From: an uncultured virus (IMG/VR IMGVR_UViG_3300010945_000722)
Taxonomy: Duplodnaviria > Heunggongvirae > Uroviricota > Caudoviricetes
IMG/VR virus record: IMGVR_UViG_3300010945_000722
Coordinates: 62,001-92,946 of that record
Length of the DNA: 30,946 nt
Strand: one strand, 5' to 3'
Positions 8,746 to 18,464 of the stretch are shown one piece after another (the first letter of the stretch is position 1; each line of letters begins with the position of its first letter). A model generated the notes under the pieces. The model made no database searches, was not told the DNA's origin, and saw only the letters and a program-made list of their open reading frames with translations. A program made the translations under genes and the position numbers.

Positions 8746-9657
8746 TTAATATCGGCTTCTGTCCTGCTGTCTGCTCTTTAAGGAGCTGCTGATAGCTGCT
8801 GCCTCTTCCTGCAATTCTCTGTCCATTCTCTCTTCTTCTTCTCTCTGCAACTGTTCCTCTGTTTTTGGTGCCGGTCCAGGTGTAAGCTGCTGAGGGGCAT
8901 TTTTATTCAAAACCTGTCTGATACTTTGAATAGCTTCAACAGCATCTGAGATACCATCTAAGATGTCTCCATCAGATTTATCAATACTGTTTAAAAGAGT
9001 TTCTGCCTGATTTACTTTTTCCAAGTCAGAAATTAAAGGTTGTCCTTCTGTATGAATAGTAGCTTGTGCAGCTTTATCTCGGATATCATCCATTGCAGTG
9101 CTTTTGGATTGTGCCACTGATTGTACCACATCACCTATTAGCTTTCCACCTGAACCAATTTCTTTGGATTTTTCAGCTTTTTCTTTTTTTACTTTCTCCG
9201 GCTTTGCTACTACAGGTTGTCCTGGTGTATACACCACTGTACCTGTATAAGAGCCAATTAAAGCAATCATTTCAAGTGTGCTTTTCATGGTGTAGTTCTT
9301 GCCCTCATTGAAGTGAGCTTTTGCAGAATCACCACTCTGTGAGATAGCAGCCTGAATGTAGCCTCTCAGGTCTTTGTATGCCCATATTGAGACATCCAAT
9401 CCTGAGTCAGTCTTTTCCGGTAACAGGTAAACTAAGAAATCTCCTTTGGGAAGAATGGCATCAGGGACAACCAGATTGTTTCTGGTAGCTCTTTCAACCA
9501 CAGACATGTTTTTGTATACTACACCTGCAGCATCAAAGTCTTTCATTAGTTCCCCCCATGTTTCAGCTTTAGACTCAACTACAAATTTTCTGCTGTTTTG
9601 TCCTGAAGAGAAAGCGGTTACTTTTCTCATACCTTTTACAATTATTTCGTCTGACAT
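8746..9657 (-). CDS. Protein with putative N-terminal ubiquitin-like (beta-grasp) domain ending ...KTDSG, plus C-terminal extension
   Basis: Likely start MSDEII at 9657 (303 aa). Residues ~10-86 show a strand-strand-helix-strand-strand pattern (RKVTAF / KFVVES / TWGELMKDF / MSVVE / DAILPKGDFLVYLL) ending at Gly86. Confidence 0.6.
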   Translation of the reverse strand: MSDEIIVKGMRKVTAFSSGQNSRKFVVESKAETWGELMKDFDAAGVVYKNMSVVERATRNNLVVPDAILPKGDFLVYLLPEKTDSGLDVSIWAYKDLRGYIQAAISQSGDSAKAHFNEGKNYTMKSTLEMIALIGSYTGTVVYTPGQPVVAKPEKVKKEKAEKSKEIGSGGKLIGDVVQSVAQSKSTAMDDIRDKAAQATIHTEGQPLISDLEKVNQAETLLNSIDKSDGDILDGISDAVEAIQSIRQVLNKNAPQQLTPGPAPKTEEQLQREEEERMDRELQEEAAAISSSLKSRQQDRSRY

Positions 9658-9667
9658 TTTTTTTGTT

Positions 9668-10363
9668 TTACCAATTAATAATATTTTTTCCTTGAAATTG
9701 CAGGATATTGTTTGCCTGCCAAAAGTGTTTGCACCCATAAAAACCCCCTGTATTACCGGGGTAAGATTCTGAAGCTGGGTGTGCTGACTTCAGAATTTGT
9801 GCTTCTGATGTAGTTGGAGTGTAGTTTTTTATCAACTGTTCATATTCGTGTGCATAGGACCCCCACAGCATCCACACAGGCTGCTGTATTGCCAGTAACT
9901 TAATGACTTCATTGGTAAAAGGTTTCCACTGTCTTATGTGACTCCCTGGCCTGTCTTTTTCCACTGTCAAAGATGTGTTTAATAAAAACACTCCCTGCTG
10001 TCTCCAGTGATGTAGTGTTCTCCAGTTTCTGTCCTGCATTGCAATTTGCAATTCATTACATTCTCCATACTCTTTCAATAACTCCTGTTGAATTATTTTA
10101 AGAGATTTAGGAATAGAAACTGTTTTGTCCACTGCAAAAGAATAGCCTACTGCTTGCCCTGCTCTCGGATAAGGGTCTTGTCCTAGTATCACTACTTTAA
10201 CTTCATTGAGTGGCATTCTGAACACATTAAAAATATTCTGAGGCTGTGGATAAAACTGACACTTGGGAAGTATCTGAGTATTGAGTTCTACCATGCTTGG
10301 GAGATTAAAGAGGGGTGTCAGCTGATGTTGCCATGAAGCATGTATGTTTACCGGGATACGCAT
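9668..10363 (-). CDS. ung: Uracil-DNA glycosylase, family 1
   Basis: VVILGQDPYP, GVFLLNTSLTV, MLWG and SAHPAS motifs. Confidence 0.95.
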   Translation of the reverse strand: MRIPVNIHASWQHQLTPLFNLPSMVELNTQILPKCQFYPQPQNIFNVFRMPLNEVKVVILGQDPYPRAGQAVGYSFAVDKTVSIPKSLKIIQQELLKEYGECNELQIAMQDRNWRTLHHWRQQGVFLLNTSLTVEKDRPGSHIRQWKPFTNEVIKLLAIQQPVWMLWGSYAHEYEQLIKNYTPTTSEAQILKSAHPASESYPGNTGGFYGCKHFWQANNILQFQGKNIINW

Positions 10364-11340
10364 TGGTTGTCTTTTAAAAATTGAATTAATTTTGTTTCAT
10401 CTTTTTTTCTGAGCTCTGCAGGATCTTTACAACCTGTAAGTACCGGAATGTAAATAGGATGTACCTTATCTTCTTGTAACAACTCATTGATGTAATCTGC
10501 AAGCTCTTCTGAAGCTCTTAAACCTGTTTCATCATTGTCAAAGAGAATAAGTATTGTTTCATACCCTGTACAAAGTTCTACAAGCATTTCATCAGGGGGT
10601 GTCATCCCTTCATTAGGAAACCAGACACACTGTTCTACACCTGCATTTTTAAGTACTCTCCAATCTTTGTAAGATTTTGTAATCAACAATAATCTGTCAA
10701 AGAAAGAGACAGATTTTATCCCTCCTATACTTTTTACAGTACAATTAGATAACCACTTAGCTTTTTTATTAGCATAAGGTCTGTACACTTTTACTTTGTT
10801 ATCTTCAAATTCAGTGTAAACATACCCCACATCTTCAGGTCTGATAACAATCCATCTTTCAGATTTTGAAGAATAAAACTTATACCATATTAATGGAATA
10901 ACTCTATCTTCTATGAGTTGTGTTCTGGTAATCCCATAGGGAAACCAAAAATCTTTATCTCTAAGTTGAAAATCTCTGGATTTAAATTGTATTTCAGATG
11001 ACTCTTTTGTAACAGTGTGTTGAGGAGTTGGAAAATCTTTCATAGAAAAATGTCTTCCTATTATTTCAATAGCTTCTGTATAAGTTGCTTTATAAGCATC
11101 TTGTATCATATTGAAAATATCCCTGTGAGTAGGTTTATCTGCAAAATCAATAAACCACAGCTTTCCATTATACCATTCAAAGTAACAATTAGGTGTGGTA
11201 TCAATTCTGAACCGGGAAAAAACCCTTTCATAAGGAACTATAGGATGACCTGTAATAAGTTTTTCAACTACTTTAGCCTGGTCAAAATAAGTTAATATCT
11301 GCTCTTTGGTGAGAAAACCTTCTTCATTGTATCCGTACAT
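10348..11340 (-). CDS. DNA primase (TOPRIM), phage type
   Basis: LLLITKSYKD, ILFDNDETG and KDPAE motifs; degenerate N-terminal Zn-binding-like region (RIDTTPNC...FIDF). Confidence 0.85.
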   Translation of the reverse strand: MYGYNEEGFLTKEQILTYFDQAKVVEKLITGHPIVPYERVFSRFRIDTTPNCYFEWYNGKLWFIDFADKPTHRDIFNMIQDAYKATYTEAIEIIGRHFSMKDFPTPQHTVTKESSEIQFKSRDFQLRDKDFWFPYGITRTQLIEDRVIPLIWYKFYSSKSERWIVIRPEDVGYVYTEFEDNKVKVYRPYANKKAKWLSNCTVKSIGGIKSVSFFDRLLLITKSYKDWRVLKNAGVEQCVWFPNEGMTPPDEMLVELCTGYETILILFDNDETGLRASEELADYINELLQEDKVHPIYIPVLTGCKDPAELRKKDETKLIQFLKDNQCVSR

Positions 11341-11353
11341 GAGGAAAAATTAA

Positions 11354-11383
11354 AGAAAAGCCTTACATAAGCAAGGCTTTTCT
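11354..11383 (-). terminator. Intrinsic terminator after the SSB-like gene
   Basis: AGAAAAGCCTTGC-TTAT-GTAAGGCTTTTCT on the minus strand. Confidence 0.75.
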
Positions 11384-11408
11384 ATTGAAAATAAAATAAA
11401 AGTTGTTG

Positions 11409-12188
11409 TTACCAAACTGCACCTGGATCAGTAGGACCTGCATCAGCAGAAGTTCCCATAGCATTGGCAGGCATCTCTGTTTGAGCCTCTTCTTCTTTGC
11501 CTTCTTCCTGCATGTTAGCATACTTGCTGTTCATGTACCAGCCTGTTCTGGTGAAAGGATGTTCATTTCCAGCACCATCCACATACTTCAAAGCTCTTCT
11601 TTCTTTGTCATCAGGGTCAGCTACTACAACAGATTTCCAACTTCCACCTACAGCAGGAACTGCAGCACAGATGAATTTACCTTGTTTAGTTTTGTTGGGA
11701 ACTTGTAAAAAAGTTCTGTTGTTTTCTCCTGAAATTTGCCATTGATATTCCATAAAAATATCTAAAGAAATTTGGCTTGTGTTTTGTGGAAACAAAGCTC
11801 TTAGTACTCCAATATAGTCTTTAAAACTGTTGATAGGAGTTGCTAAAGCTCTTTGAATGGTTTCTGCCGGAACATAACACTTCAACAAAGCTACCATCCA
11901 GGCATTGAACTCATCATAAGCTGCTCTAAATAATTTCTTAGCTTCTTCAGTGCTTTCAGATGTAAATTCTACACCTTCTTTGTTGTACACTTTTTTCACC
12001 GGAAACTTTCTGCAACTTACATCTCTGCCATTCACATCAAAGACAATATCCACTGCCTCTCCTTCAGTTCCACCTGCACCACCATTGGTGATGTATTCAA
12101 ACTTCTTTAGTTTAGCTGCACCTGCATTCAGTCCAAAGCCAAAAGGTGCACTTTTAACTTCATCATCCTGATAACCGTAGTTATTCAT
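11409..12188 (-). CDS. Putative single-stranded DNA-binding protein
   Basis: Position between AAA ATPase and primase; acidic flexible tail ending in an aromatic residue (W); followed by a terminator. Confidence 0.5.
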   Translation of the reverse strand: MNNYGYQDDEVKSAPFGFGLNAGAAKLKKFEYITNGGAGGTEGEAVDIVFDVNGRDVSCRKFPVKKVYNKEGVEFTSESTEEAKKLFRAAYDEFNAWMVALLKCYVPAETIQRALATPINSFKDYIGVLRALFPQNTSQISLDIFMEYQWQISGENNRTFLQVPNKTKQGKFICAAVPAVGGSWKSVVVADPDDKERRALKYVDGAGNEHPFTRTGWYMNSKYANMQEEGKEEEAQTEMPANAMGTSADAGPTDPGAVW

Positions 12189-12237
12189 AATTGATACTTT
12201 TCTTTGTTTGTTGTTAATAATTGTTTAGTTCAATGGC

Positions 12238-12594
12238 CTAGTTAAAAGCTCCGTTTGTGGCAGAAACTTGCGGCTCATTATTTTCTGGTGTTGATTCAGA
12301 AATTGGTTCAACTACTGCTTCAGCTAAAGGTCCACCTTCATGTGCATCTGCAGAAGCAGACTCCACATCATCTACCAAATCAAAAGAAAGCTCTTTTGGT
12401 CTGATAACTTTTTTGTTTTTCAATTTAGGATGTTGAAACATTTTTGCAACCTCAAAAGGTTTCAAGCTGTACTTTGCTCCAATAGCTTTTCTGTCTAAGC
12501 CATCTTTTAGATCTTGCTGCACCTGGCTCACAGTGATAGCTTTCTTTTCTGGTACTGCAACTTCTGTTGCATTTGTTGTTGTCTGTCCTGACAT
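12238..12594 (-). CDS. Hypothetical protein (possible HTH-like core, acidic tail)
   Basis: 118-aa ORF; helical ITVSQVQQDLKDGLDRKAIGAKYSL segment. Confidence 0.75.
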   Translation of the reverse strand: MSGQTTTNATEVAVPEKKAITVSQVQQDLKDGLDRKAIGAKYSLKPFEVAKMFQHPKLKNKKVIRPKELSFDLVDDVESASADAHEGGPLAEAVVEPISESTPENNEPQVSATNGAFN

Positions 12595-12650
12595 TTTTTA
12601 AAGATTTTTGAGTTAAAAATAAAAAGATTTTTAGATTCTATTACAAAAGC

Positions 12651-13508
12651 CTAAGCTAATGGTCCGGGTTCTTCTGATAAAATTACAGGAGTAACAGGAG
12701 TAACCTGCTCTGAAGCAACATCTGATTGCACCACAGGAGCTTCTCCTGCATAGTATTCATTAACTTTTTTGACAACTAAACCAAGGTCATTGATTATAGT
12801 AGGGGGGAACATACCCGGAGCTGATTTTGCTCCTGCTGTTTCTCCATCATCATTAGTTACATAAAATTTTACTACTTTTTTAATGTTGTTTTCACCGGTT
12901 TCCATGCCAGTTTTTCCTATCAGGCAGATGTCAAATTTACCACCGGGAGTTAAATACTCATCTACCATTTTACCTGTAGTTTTTAAAGTATACTCTACTC
13001 TGGATTCATCTGCTGCCAAAGGCTTCATCTGATAGTGTCCCATGACAATGATATTTCTGTCTTCCAAACCTTCTAAAGCTTTGAAAATAACACCCATATC
13101 ATACCCCACTTTCTTAGGAGCATCCCAACCTGTCTTCAATGCATTATCCATGTAATAATCCTGCATAATGTAGTTAGTGTCATCAATGACAATAGTTTTA
13201 ATTCTCGGATTTGTTTTTAGCAGTGCGAGTACTTCTGCTATTCTTTTGGCATCATTGGAGATAAAGCGGCTTGTACCCCTTAAATCTTCAATTTTAACAG
13301 GAACTCCTTTACTCTTTGCAGAGGGAAAAAGCTTTTCACTACCACGAAATGGTAAAGCTTTAGAAGTCACTGAAATAATGTAAGATTCTTTGGGATCTAA
13401 CCCTTCAATACCCAATTCTGCACTTGGCCCTATTCCGGTACTTTTACCGAAACCTGAAGGAGCCAAAATCAAGATTTTTGCCATGTTTTTTAGCTGTGTT
13501 TTTGACAA
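12651..13508 (-). CDS. AAA-family P-loop ATPase (AAA_24/Sak4-like)
   Basis: Walker A APSGFGKST; Walker B TIVIDD. Confidence 0.85.
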   Translation of the reverse strand: MSKTQLKNMAKILILAPSGFGKSTGIGPSAELGIEGLDPKESYIISVTSKALPFRGSEKLFPSAKSKGVPVKIEDLRGTSRFISNDAKRIAEVLALLKTNPRIKTIVIDDTNYIMQDYYMDNALKTGWDAPKKVGYDMGVIFKALEGLEDRNIIVMGHYQMKPLAADESRVEYTLKTTGKMVDEYLTPGGKFDICLIGKTGMETGENNIKKVVKFYVTNDDGETAGAKSAPGMFPPTIINDLGLVVKKVNEYYAGEAPVVQSDVASEQVTPVTPVILSEEPGPLA

Positions 13509-13516
13509 GTGATAAA

Positions 13517-14647
13517 TTAAGTTCTTTCAATCAGTTTAGTAAAGTTGTTATTGTTACCACTCATGTTTAATCTGATGTGCCTTGGACAAAAAGTTTCTCT
13601 GCTTTCTACTAAATGAAGACTTCTGTAGTTGGGGTACAGCACTTCTTTATTGTTGCCTGTCAACTTCATACCAAAATGTTTGTCAAGATTGTACTTGTCA
13701 TCATTAGCATTAAACATGGTGAACAAATAGTTACAAGCTTCACTTAAATTTCCTGTATCTTTTATATCATCTCCTGTAGGATATAAGCAGTCTTTCATGT
13801 ATTTAAGCCTGTCTATATCAGACATACTTCTGTTAAGATGTATGATGTTAATGAATGTAAAATGACAGAGATTTCTAAGTTCTTCCTGATACTCTAAAAC
13901 CTTATCCACTGTTTCTTTTTTATTAAAACCTCTTTCCGGAGGTACTTTTCTTAATGTGTCTAAAATAATAATGCGGTACTTTTCAGAGTTATCTGCTTTA
14001 TAGCCTATTACCCTCTGTTTCTTTACCTTTTGACCTTTAGCATCTGTAGTTTCATAATCCTGATAAATAAACTTTCCATTAGCTTTTGCATAGTTAATAA
14101 GATAGTTTCTGATACCGGTAGGATTCTCTCTTTGTTCTATAAAATCTATTTTGCCTTTTTTGATTTGAACACCATTTTCATTGTACTCTCCAAAGAGTGG
14201 AATTATCCTTCTAAGATAGATATTTTTAAGCATATTTTCATGCTCTGTGGATACTTTTATTTGCTCTAAAGTCACTTCATCCAGCAGTTTTCCCATAAGA
14301 TAATTAGCACTGATTTCATATTTTTTTCCATTGGTATAAGTAAAGCTTTCAATGCCATAATCATACAGAAAAAAATAAGCTGCAAACTTAAATTCTTTGC
14401 TAATTCTATCCATTTCATAAGAAAAATATGTCCATTCAATTTCTATTTCAGGTGGAGTAAGCAAATAAGGAGAAAGCACAAAAGCAAAATCAACAAAAGT
14501 ACTTTTACCTACCTTTGGTCCTGCTGCCACTCCAATCATACTTTTTCTGGGTATGCCCAACATAGCAAGATCCAGATCTTTTATGCCTGTAGATGGGCCT
14601 TTATTTTTACCCAATTGCCCATCTTTAAAAGCTGCTACAAAATTCAT
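13517..14647 (-). CDS. DnaB-like (SF4) replicative helicase
   Basis: TGIKDLD, Walker A AGPKVGKST, FSYEM, IIILD, HLNR, DIKDTGNL. Confidence 0.85.
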   Translation of the reverse strand: MNFVAAFKDGQLGKNKGPSTGIKDLDLAMLGIPRKSMIGVAAGPKVGKSTFVDFAFVLSPYLLTPPEIEIEWTYFSYEMDRISKEFKFAAYFFLYDYGIESFTYTNGKKYEISANYLMGKLLDEVTLEQIKVSTEHENMLKNIYLRRIIPLFGEYNENGVQIKKGKIDFIEQRENPTGIRNYLINYAKANGKFIYQDYETTDAKGQKVKKQRVIGYKADNSEKYRIIILDTLRKVPPERGFNKKETVDKVLEYQEELRNLCHFTFINIIHLNRSMSDIDRLKYMKDCLYPTGDDIKDTGNLSEACNYLFTMFNANDDKYNLDKHFGMKLTGNNKEVLYPNYRSLHLVESRETFCPRHIRLNMSGNNNNFTKLIERT

Positions 14648-15228
14648 GACATCATTCCTCCCATGTGTCTGCTGACCTCTGTTACCTGGTCAGACTTCTT
14701 TTTGTTTTGAACCAATTCCAGATACTGTTCAAGCCGGCTTCTTTTAATGTTTGAACCATCTTCTTTATTGATTTTAGAAATAAAATAGTCTGCCTGCTGA
14801 AGAAACTTAGTCTCTCTTTTTTTACCATACCGGAACTCATCCAAATACATGTTAGCAGCATCAAACACTTCATCTTTTCTAACTTCAGGATGTTGAGAAA
14901 AAAACTTTTTCATTTTATCAATACAACCTTTCTTATCTCCACCGGCATCTCCTCTGATTTCCATAAAAAGCATTCTCCACTCCAACACCCATTGCCAATT
15001 ACTATCATAAGTTTGTCCTTCAAATAAAGGGATGTTCCACATAACAGAAGGAACCTCTCCTTCATAATCTCTGGTTACAATCTTTGAAAAGTTTACCTGC
15101 TTGATAGTTTCTTCAGGAATAATACCTGAAGTTTTCAGGTTATAAAATACACCTAAAAGATAAAGCAACCCTTCATCTTCATTGACATTAAACTCTCTGA
15201 GCTTGTCTTTGATTTTCTCGTTTATCAT
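14644..15228 (-). CDS. Hypothetical replication-module protein
   Basis: 194-aa ORF with ATGA overlap into the DnaB-like gene. Confidence 0.8.
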   Translation of the reverse strand: MINEKIKDKLREFNVNEDEGLLYLLGVFYNLKTSGIIPEETIKQVNFSKIVTRDYEGEVPSVMWNIPLFEGQTYDSNWQWVLEWRMLFMEIRGDAGGDKKGCIDKMKKFFSQHPEVRKDEVFDAANMYLDEFRYGKKRETKFLQQADYFISKINKEDGSNIKRSRLEQYLELVQNKKKSDQVTEVSRHMGGMMS

Positions 15229-15243
15229 CTTGTACTGTTGTTT

Positions 15244-16512
15244 TTAGATTACTAATTCTTCTTCTTTTCTAAACCGGATTCTGGTAATTTTAGAACTATC
15301 TAGTCCAGCTGTAGCTTTAATGTACCAATTTTCATCTACTGTGTCAATGCAAAGAATGATAATCACTTTAGCTACATGACCTTTTTTGTATCTGAGTATT
15401 CTGCCAATTCTCTGTATCAGATTCCTGTCATTACTGTTAAGCTGTACAATAATAGCATTGTCAACTTTTATAGGGATGTTATGCCCTTCATTGAGACTTT
15501 TTACACAGGCCAGCTCATGTATCTGACCTTTTTTAAATCTGTTTAAATCTTCATCAGAAGACTTTGAGTGGAAAACATGTGGACTTAGCTTTTCAGCTTG
15601 TTCTATGTTAGCACAAAAAATCAATGTTCTTTCATCCTGTGGTAATCTTGCTATCACTTGCTTTGCAACTTCCAACTTACTTTCCAAGTTATAGATAAAA
15701 TGCATTCTGTTAATAGTCTTAAACTTTAAAGCTGCATTTTGTTGTGCAGTCCTATTGCTGTTAAACATCAGAGAATTGATAGTTTTGGTCAGATATTCAT
15801 AATGATTCTTTTCTGTATTAAGGAAAGGTTTATCTTTACTGCCACCTGGTACAGTTTTCTTTGTACTCTCCAGTCTTGTTTCTACTACAGTTATCTCATA
15901 AGGAGCTACCATTCTCAGTTTTACTGCAGTATCTAAAGATAGAGTATACACTGTTTTCAAATTAGCTTCTCCTAATAAGAACTTTTTAGTAGAATCTGAT
16001 GGGGGAGTGGCACTTAAAGCTATACACTTTTCTATTTTGTTTTGCCTGAAAAAAGAAGAATTAGACTCTGTAATGTTGTGAGCTTCATCAAAAATAACCA
16101 AATCAAACTCCTGTCCCACAATCTTACTCATGCTAACATGGCAAGTTCTTTCTACATTCTTATTATAAAGCCTGATAAGTCCCCATTTCCGGAACTCATC
16201 TTCCCAATTCTCATCTCTGAGCTTCTCTGTAGGCACACAGACCAGGATTTTGGCTGTCTTTTTAGCTGAAACTACATCTTGAGCAGCATCAATGGCAATC
16301 TTTGATTTACCAGCTCCTGTTGCAGCTGCAATAAGTCCCCAGCAATTACCCCACTTCACCCAATCTGCATAAGCTTCTTTTTGTACAGCTGTTTTGATAG
16401 CATTGGCAACTTCATCAGGAATATCTTCCATTTCTGAAAGTACCGCATCTATTTCATCAGATTTACTTTGTACTGATAATAGTCCGGGTTTAATTAGTTC
16501 TTCTATGCTCAT
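15244..16512 (-). CDS. Superfamily 2 DExH helicase
   Basis: ATGAGKS, DEAH, SAT, LNEGHN and QRIGRILR; likely start MSIEE at 16512. Confidence 0.92.
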   Translation of the reverse strand: MSIEELIKPGLLSVQSKSDEIDAVLSEMEDIPDEVANAIKTAVQKEAYADWVKWGNCWGLIAAATGAGKSKIAIDAAQDVVSAKKTAKILVCVPTEKLRDENWEDEFRKWGLIRLYNKNVERTCHVSMSKIVGQEFDLVIFDEAHNITESNSSFFRQNKIEKCIALSATPPSDSTKKFLLGEANLKTVYTLSLDTAVKLRMVAPYEITVVETRLESTKKTVPGGSKDKPFLNTEKNHYEYLTKTINSLMFNSNRTAQQNAALKFKTINRMHFIYNLESKLEVAKQVIARLPQDERTLIFCANIEQAEKLSPHVFHSKSSDEDLNRFKKGQIHELACVKSLNEGHNIPIKVDNAIIVQLNSNDRNLIQRIGRILRYKKGHVAKVIIILCIDTVDENWYIKATAGLDSSKITRIRFRKEEELVI

Positions 16513-16522
16513 TTTTATTTTT

Positions 16523-18454
16523 TTAGTGAATATCACTGTAGCTTTTGCCAAAATCAAGGCTTATACCTAAAGTAATATTTAGTTTTAAAATTTCATTTGT
16601 TTTTATAATGCATTGCTGTAAATCTTCTTTTACTTGTTCCTGTTTATCCTTATGCAAAGGAAAGATTACTTCATCATGAAACTGTCCACAAATTTTGTAG
16701 CTCTTTTGTCTTATATTCCTCACTTGAGTATCAAAACAAAACACTCCTGTACCCTGATTAAGAGTTGAAAATCTATCTTTATCAAATCTTAGTGAATACC
16801 AGAACCGGCTTACAGGATTAAAAAGCCACATTTGTCCATCTATGGTTTTTACTGCACAAGACTTAGCTATCTTTTTTACAGCCCAGTTTCTTTTCCAATA
16901 AATCTTATGTAAAATTTGTGCCTGTAATAAAGGCATTCCTGTTGTAAGACTTATTTTAGGGGGCCCTGCTCCATATACAGCTGAAAAGTTAACTTGCTTG
17001 GAATCTTTTCTTTGTTTAGAAAGTTTTTTCACTTCAGCTTTCCTCTCTTCCTGTGTCATATCCAGATACTTCTGGGCAATAAGATTTTCCGGAATAGGTT
17101 TACCATCCATCCACCTGTAAAAATAAGACTCTTCTTGTGTCATCATATTTGCTAATACTCCAATATCAACATGGGGATCAAAATCAGGACTTCTCATTTC
17201 TTTTACATACTCAGGGTCATACTTAAACATGTAGTGCTGCTTAGTGCTATCTTCAAGGGATGTCATATCACTGCCACAAAGGATATGGTCATCATCAGGA
17301 GCTATCAGACATCCTCTGATTTCTTTGCCATAGGGTTTGTGTATTGAAGGTAAATTTACTACTACAGTGTGCTGAAATCTGAGAGTATTTGTAAAACCTT
17401 TTATTTCCGCTTTTACAAAACCATCTTTATCTGCATTTTCCATAAAACCTTTCAAAATACCTAACCGGTGATTGATAATAAACAATCCTTCCAGTGCATA
17501 AATTGCAGGTTCTATTTCAGCTAGTAATTTTACACTTTTACACAAGCCATCTGCAGTACTGATTTGAGGCACATTTTTTATATTGTTGTCTTTAGCTTTC
17601 CTTAGAATAAAAGTAGCAGGTTTCCAACCTAAACCATATAACCAGTCTTTCAGTTGAGTCTGAGAAGATGGATTACCTGGTTCAGATTTTTCTTCCACAG
17701 TTAATATACCATTTTCAGGTTCCGGAACTTCTAATTCTTCAAGTAAACTATTCCATTTCAATGCAGCTGCAGAAGGAGTCCCATCTGCTTTTGTCATTTT
17801 TGCAGGTTTTTTGATGTCTTTGTAAGTTATGTTTTCAGGCATGGCTGCACTGAGCTGATCTACTCTTTTTTGTCTTTCTGCTGTAAGCATTCTAAAAACA
17901 AGCTGACATTTTTGGGTATCTACTTTCCACTTCACTTCCTCCTGTTCTCTGGCACAATCCAATTTAAAAGACAAATAATTAAGCAGTCTGATTTCATTAC
18001 CAGGCAGATAGATTTGCTGTAAATATGCCAGCTCCTGTAACCAAAGTTTAAAGTTAATTTCCACATCTCTGATACATCTTTCTACATACAATTGTAAAGA
18101 AGAATGTTTCCAGTCTTTTACTTCTATTTTAGGGATACCAAACTCTTCTCCGTAGCTCTCTAATCCATGCTTCAGTCTTTCCGGATACAAATACCAACTA
18201 ATACCTAAGGTATCCCAAAGTACATTAGTGATTTTTATCTGAAGTATTTTTTCACACAAAGGAATATCATACCTGATAATATTATGTCCAACTATTGCAC
18301 AATCAGAAGGTAAAGCAGAAAAAAAAGTAATCATATCATCATAGTGACTGAGCACTCCTCTCTTACCTTCATCATCATACCATACAAGGCAGTGTATAAC
18401 AGTAGCATCTTCTAAGAGCCCATCAGACTCTACATCAATTACACAATATTTCAT
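16523..18454 (-). CDS. polA: Family A DNA polymerase with 3'-5' exonuclease, phage type
   Basis: Exo motifs DVESDG, GHNIIRYD, CIRDV; polymerase motifs DMTSLE, RKDSKQVNFSAVYG, QFHDE; likely start MKYCV at 18454. Confidence 0.95.
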   Translation of the reverse strand: MKYCVIDVESDGLLEDATVIHCLVWYDDEGKRGVLSHYDDMITFFSALPSDCAIVGHNIIRYDIPLCEKILQIKITNVLWDTLGISWYLYPERLKHGLESYGEEFGIPKIEVKDWKHSSLQLYVERCIRDVEINFKLWLQELAYLQQIYLPGNEIRLLNYLSFKLDCAREQEEVKWKVDTQKCQLVFRMLTAERQKRVDQLSAAMPENITYKDIKKPAKMTKADGTPSAAALKWNSLLEELEVPEPENGILTVEEKSEPGNPSSQTQLKDWLYGLGWKPATFILRKAKDNNIKNVPQISTADGLCKSVKLLAEIEPAIYALEGLFIINHRLGILKGFMENADKDGFVKAEIKGFTNTLRFQHTVVVNLPSIHKPYGKEIRGCLIAPDDDHILCGSDMTSLEDSTKQHYMFKYDPEYVKEMRSPDFDPHVDIGVLANMMTQEESYFYRWMDGKPIPENLIAQKYLDMTQEERKAEVKKLSKQRKDSKQVNFSAVYGAGPPKISLTTGMPLLQAQILHKIYWKRNWAVKKIAKSCAVKTIDGQMWLFNPVSRFWYSLRFDKDRFSTLNQGTGVFCFDTQVRNIRQKSYKICGQFHDEVIFPLHKDKQEQVKEDLQQCIIKTNEILKLNITLGISLDFGKSYSDIH

Positions 18455-18464
18455 AGTTTGCAAT

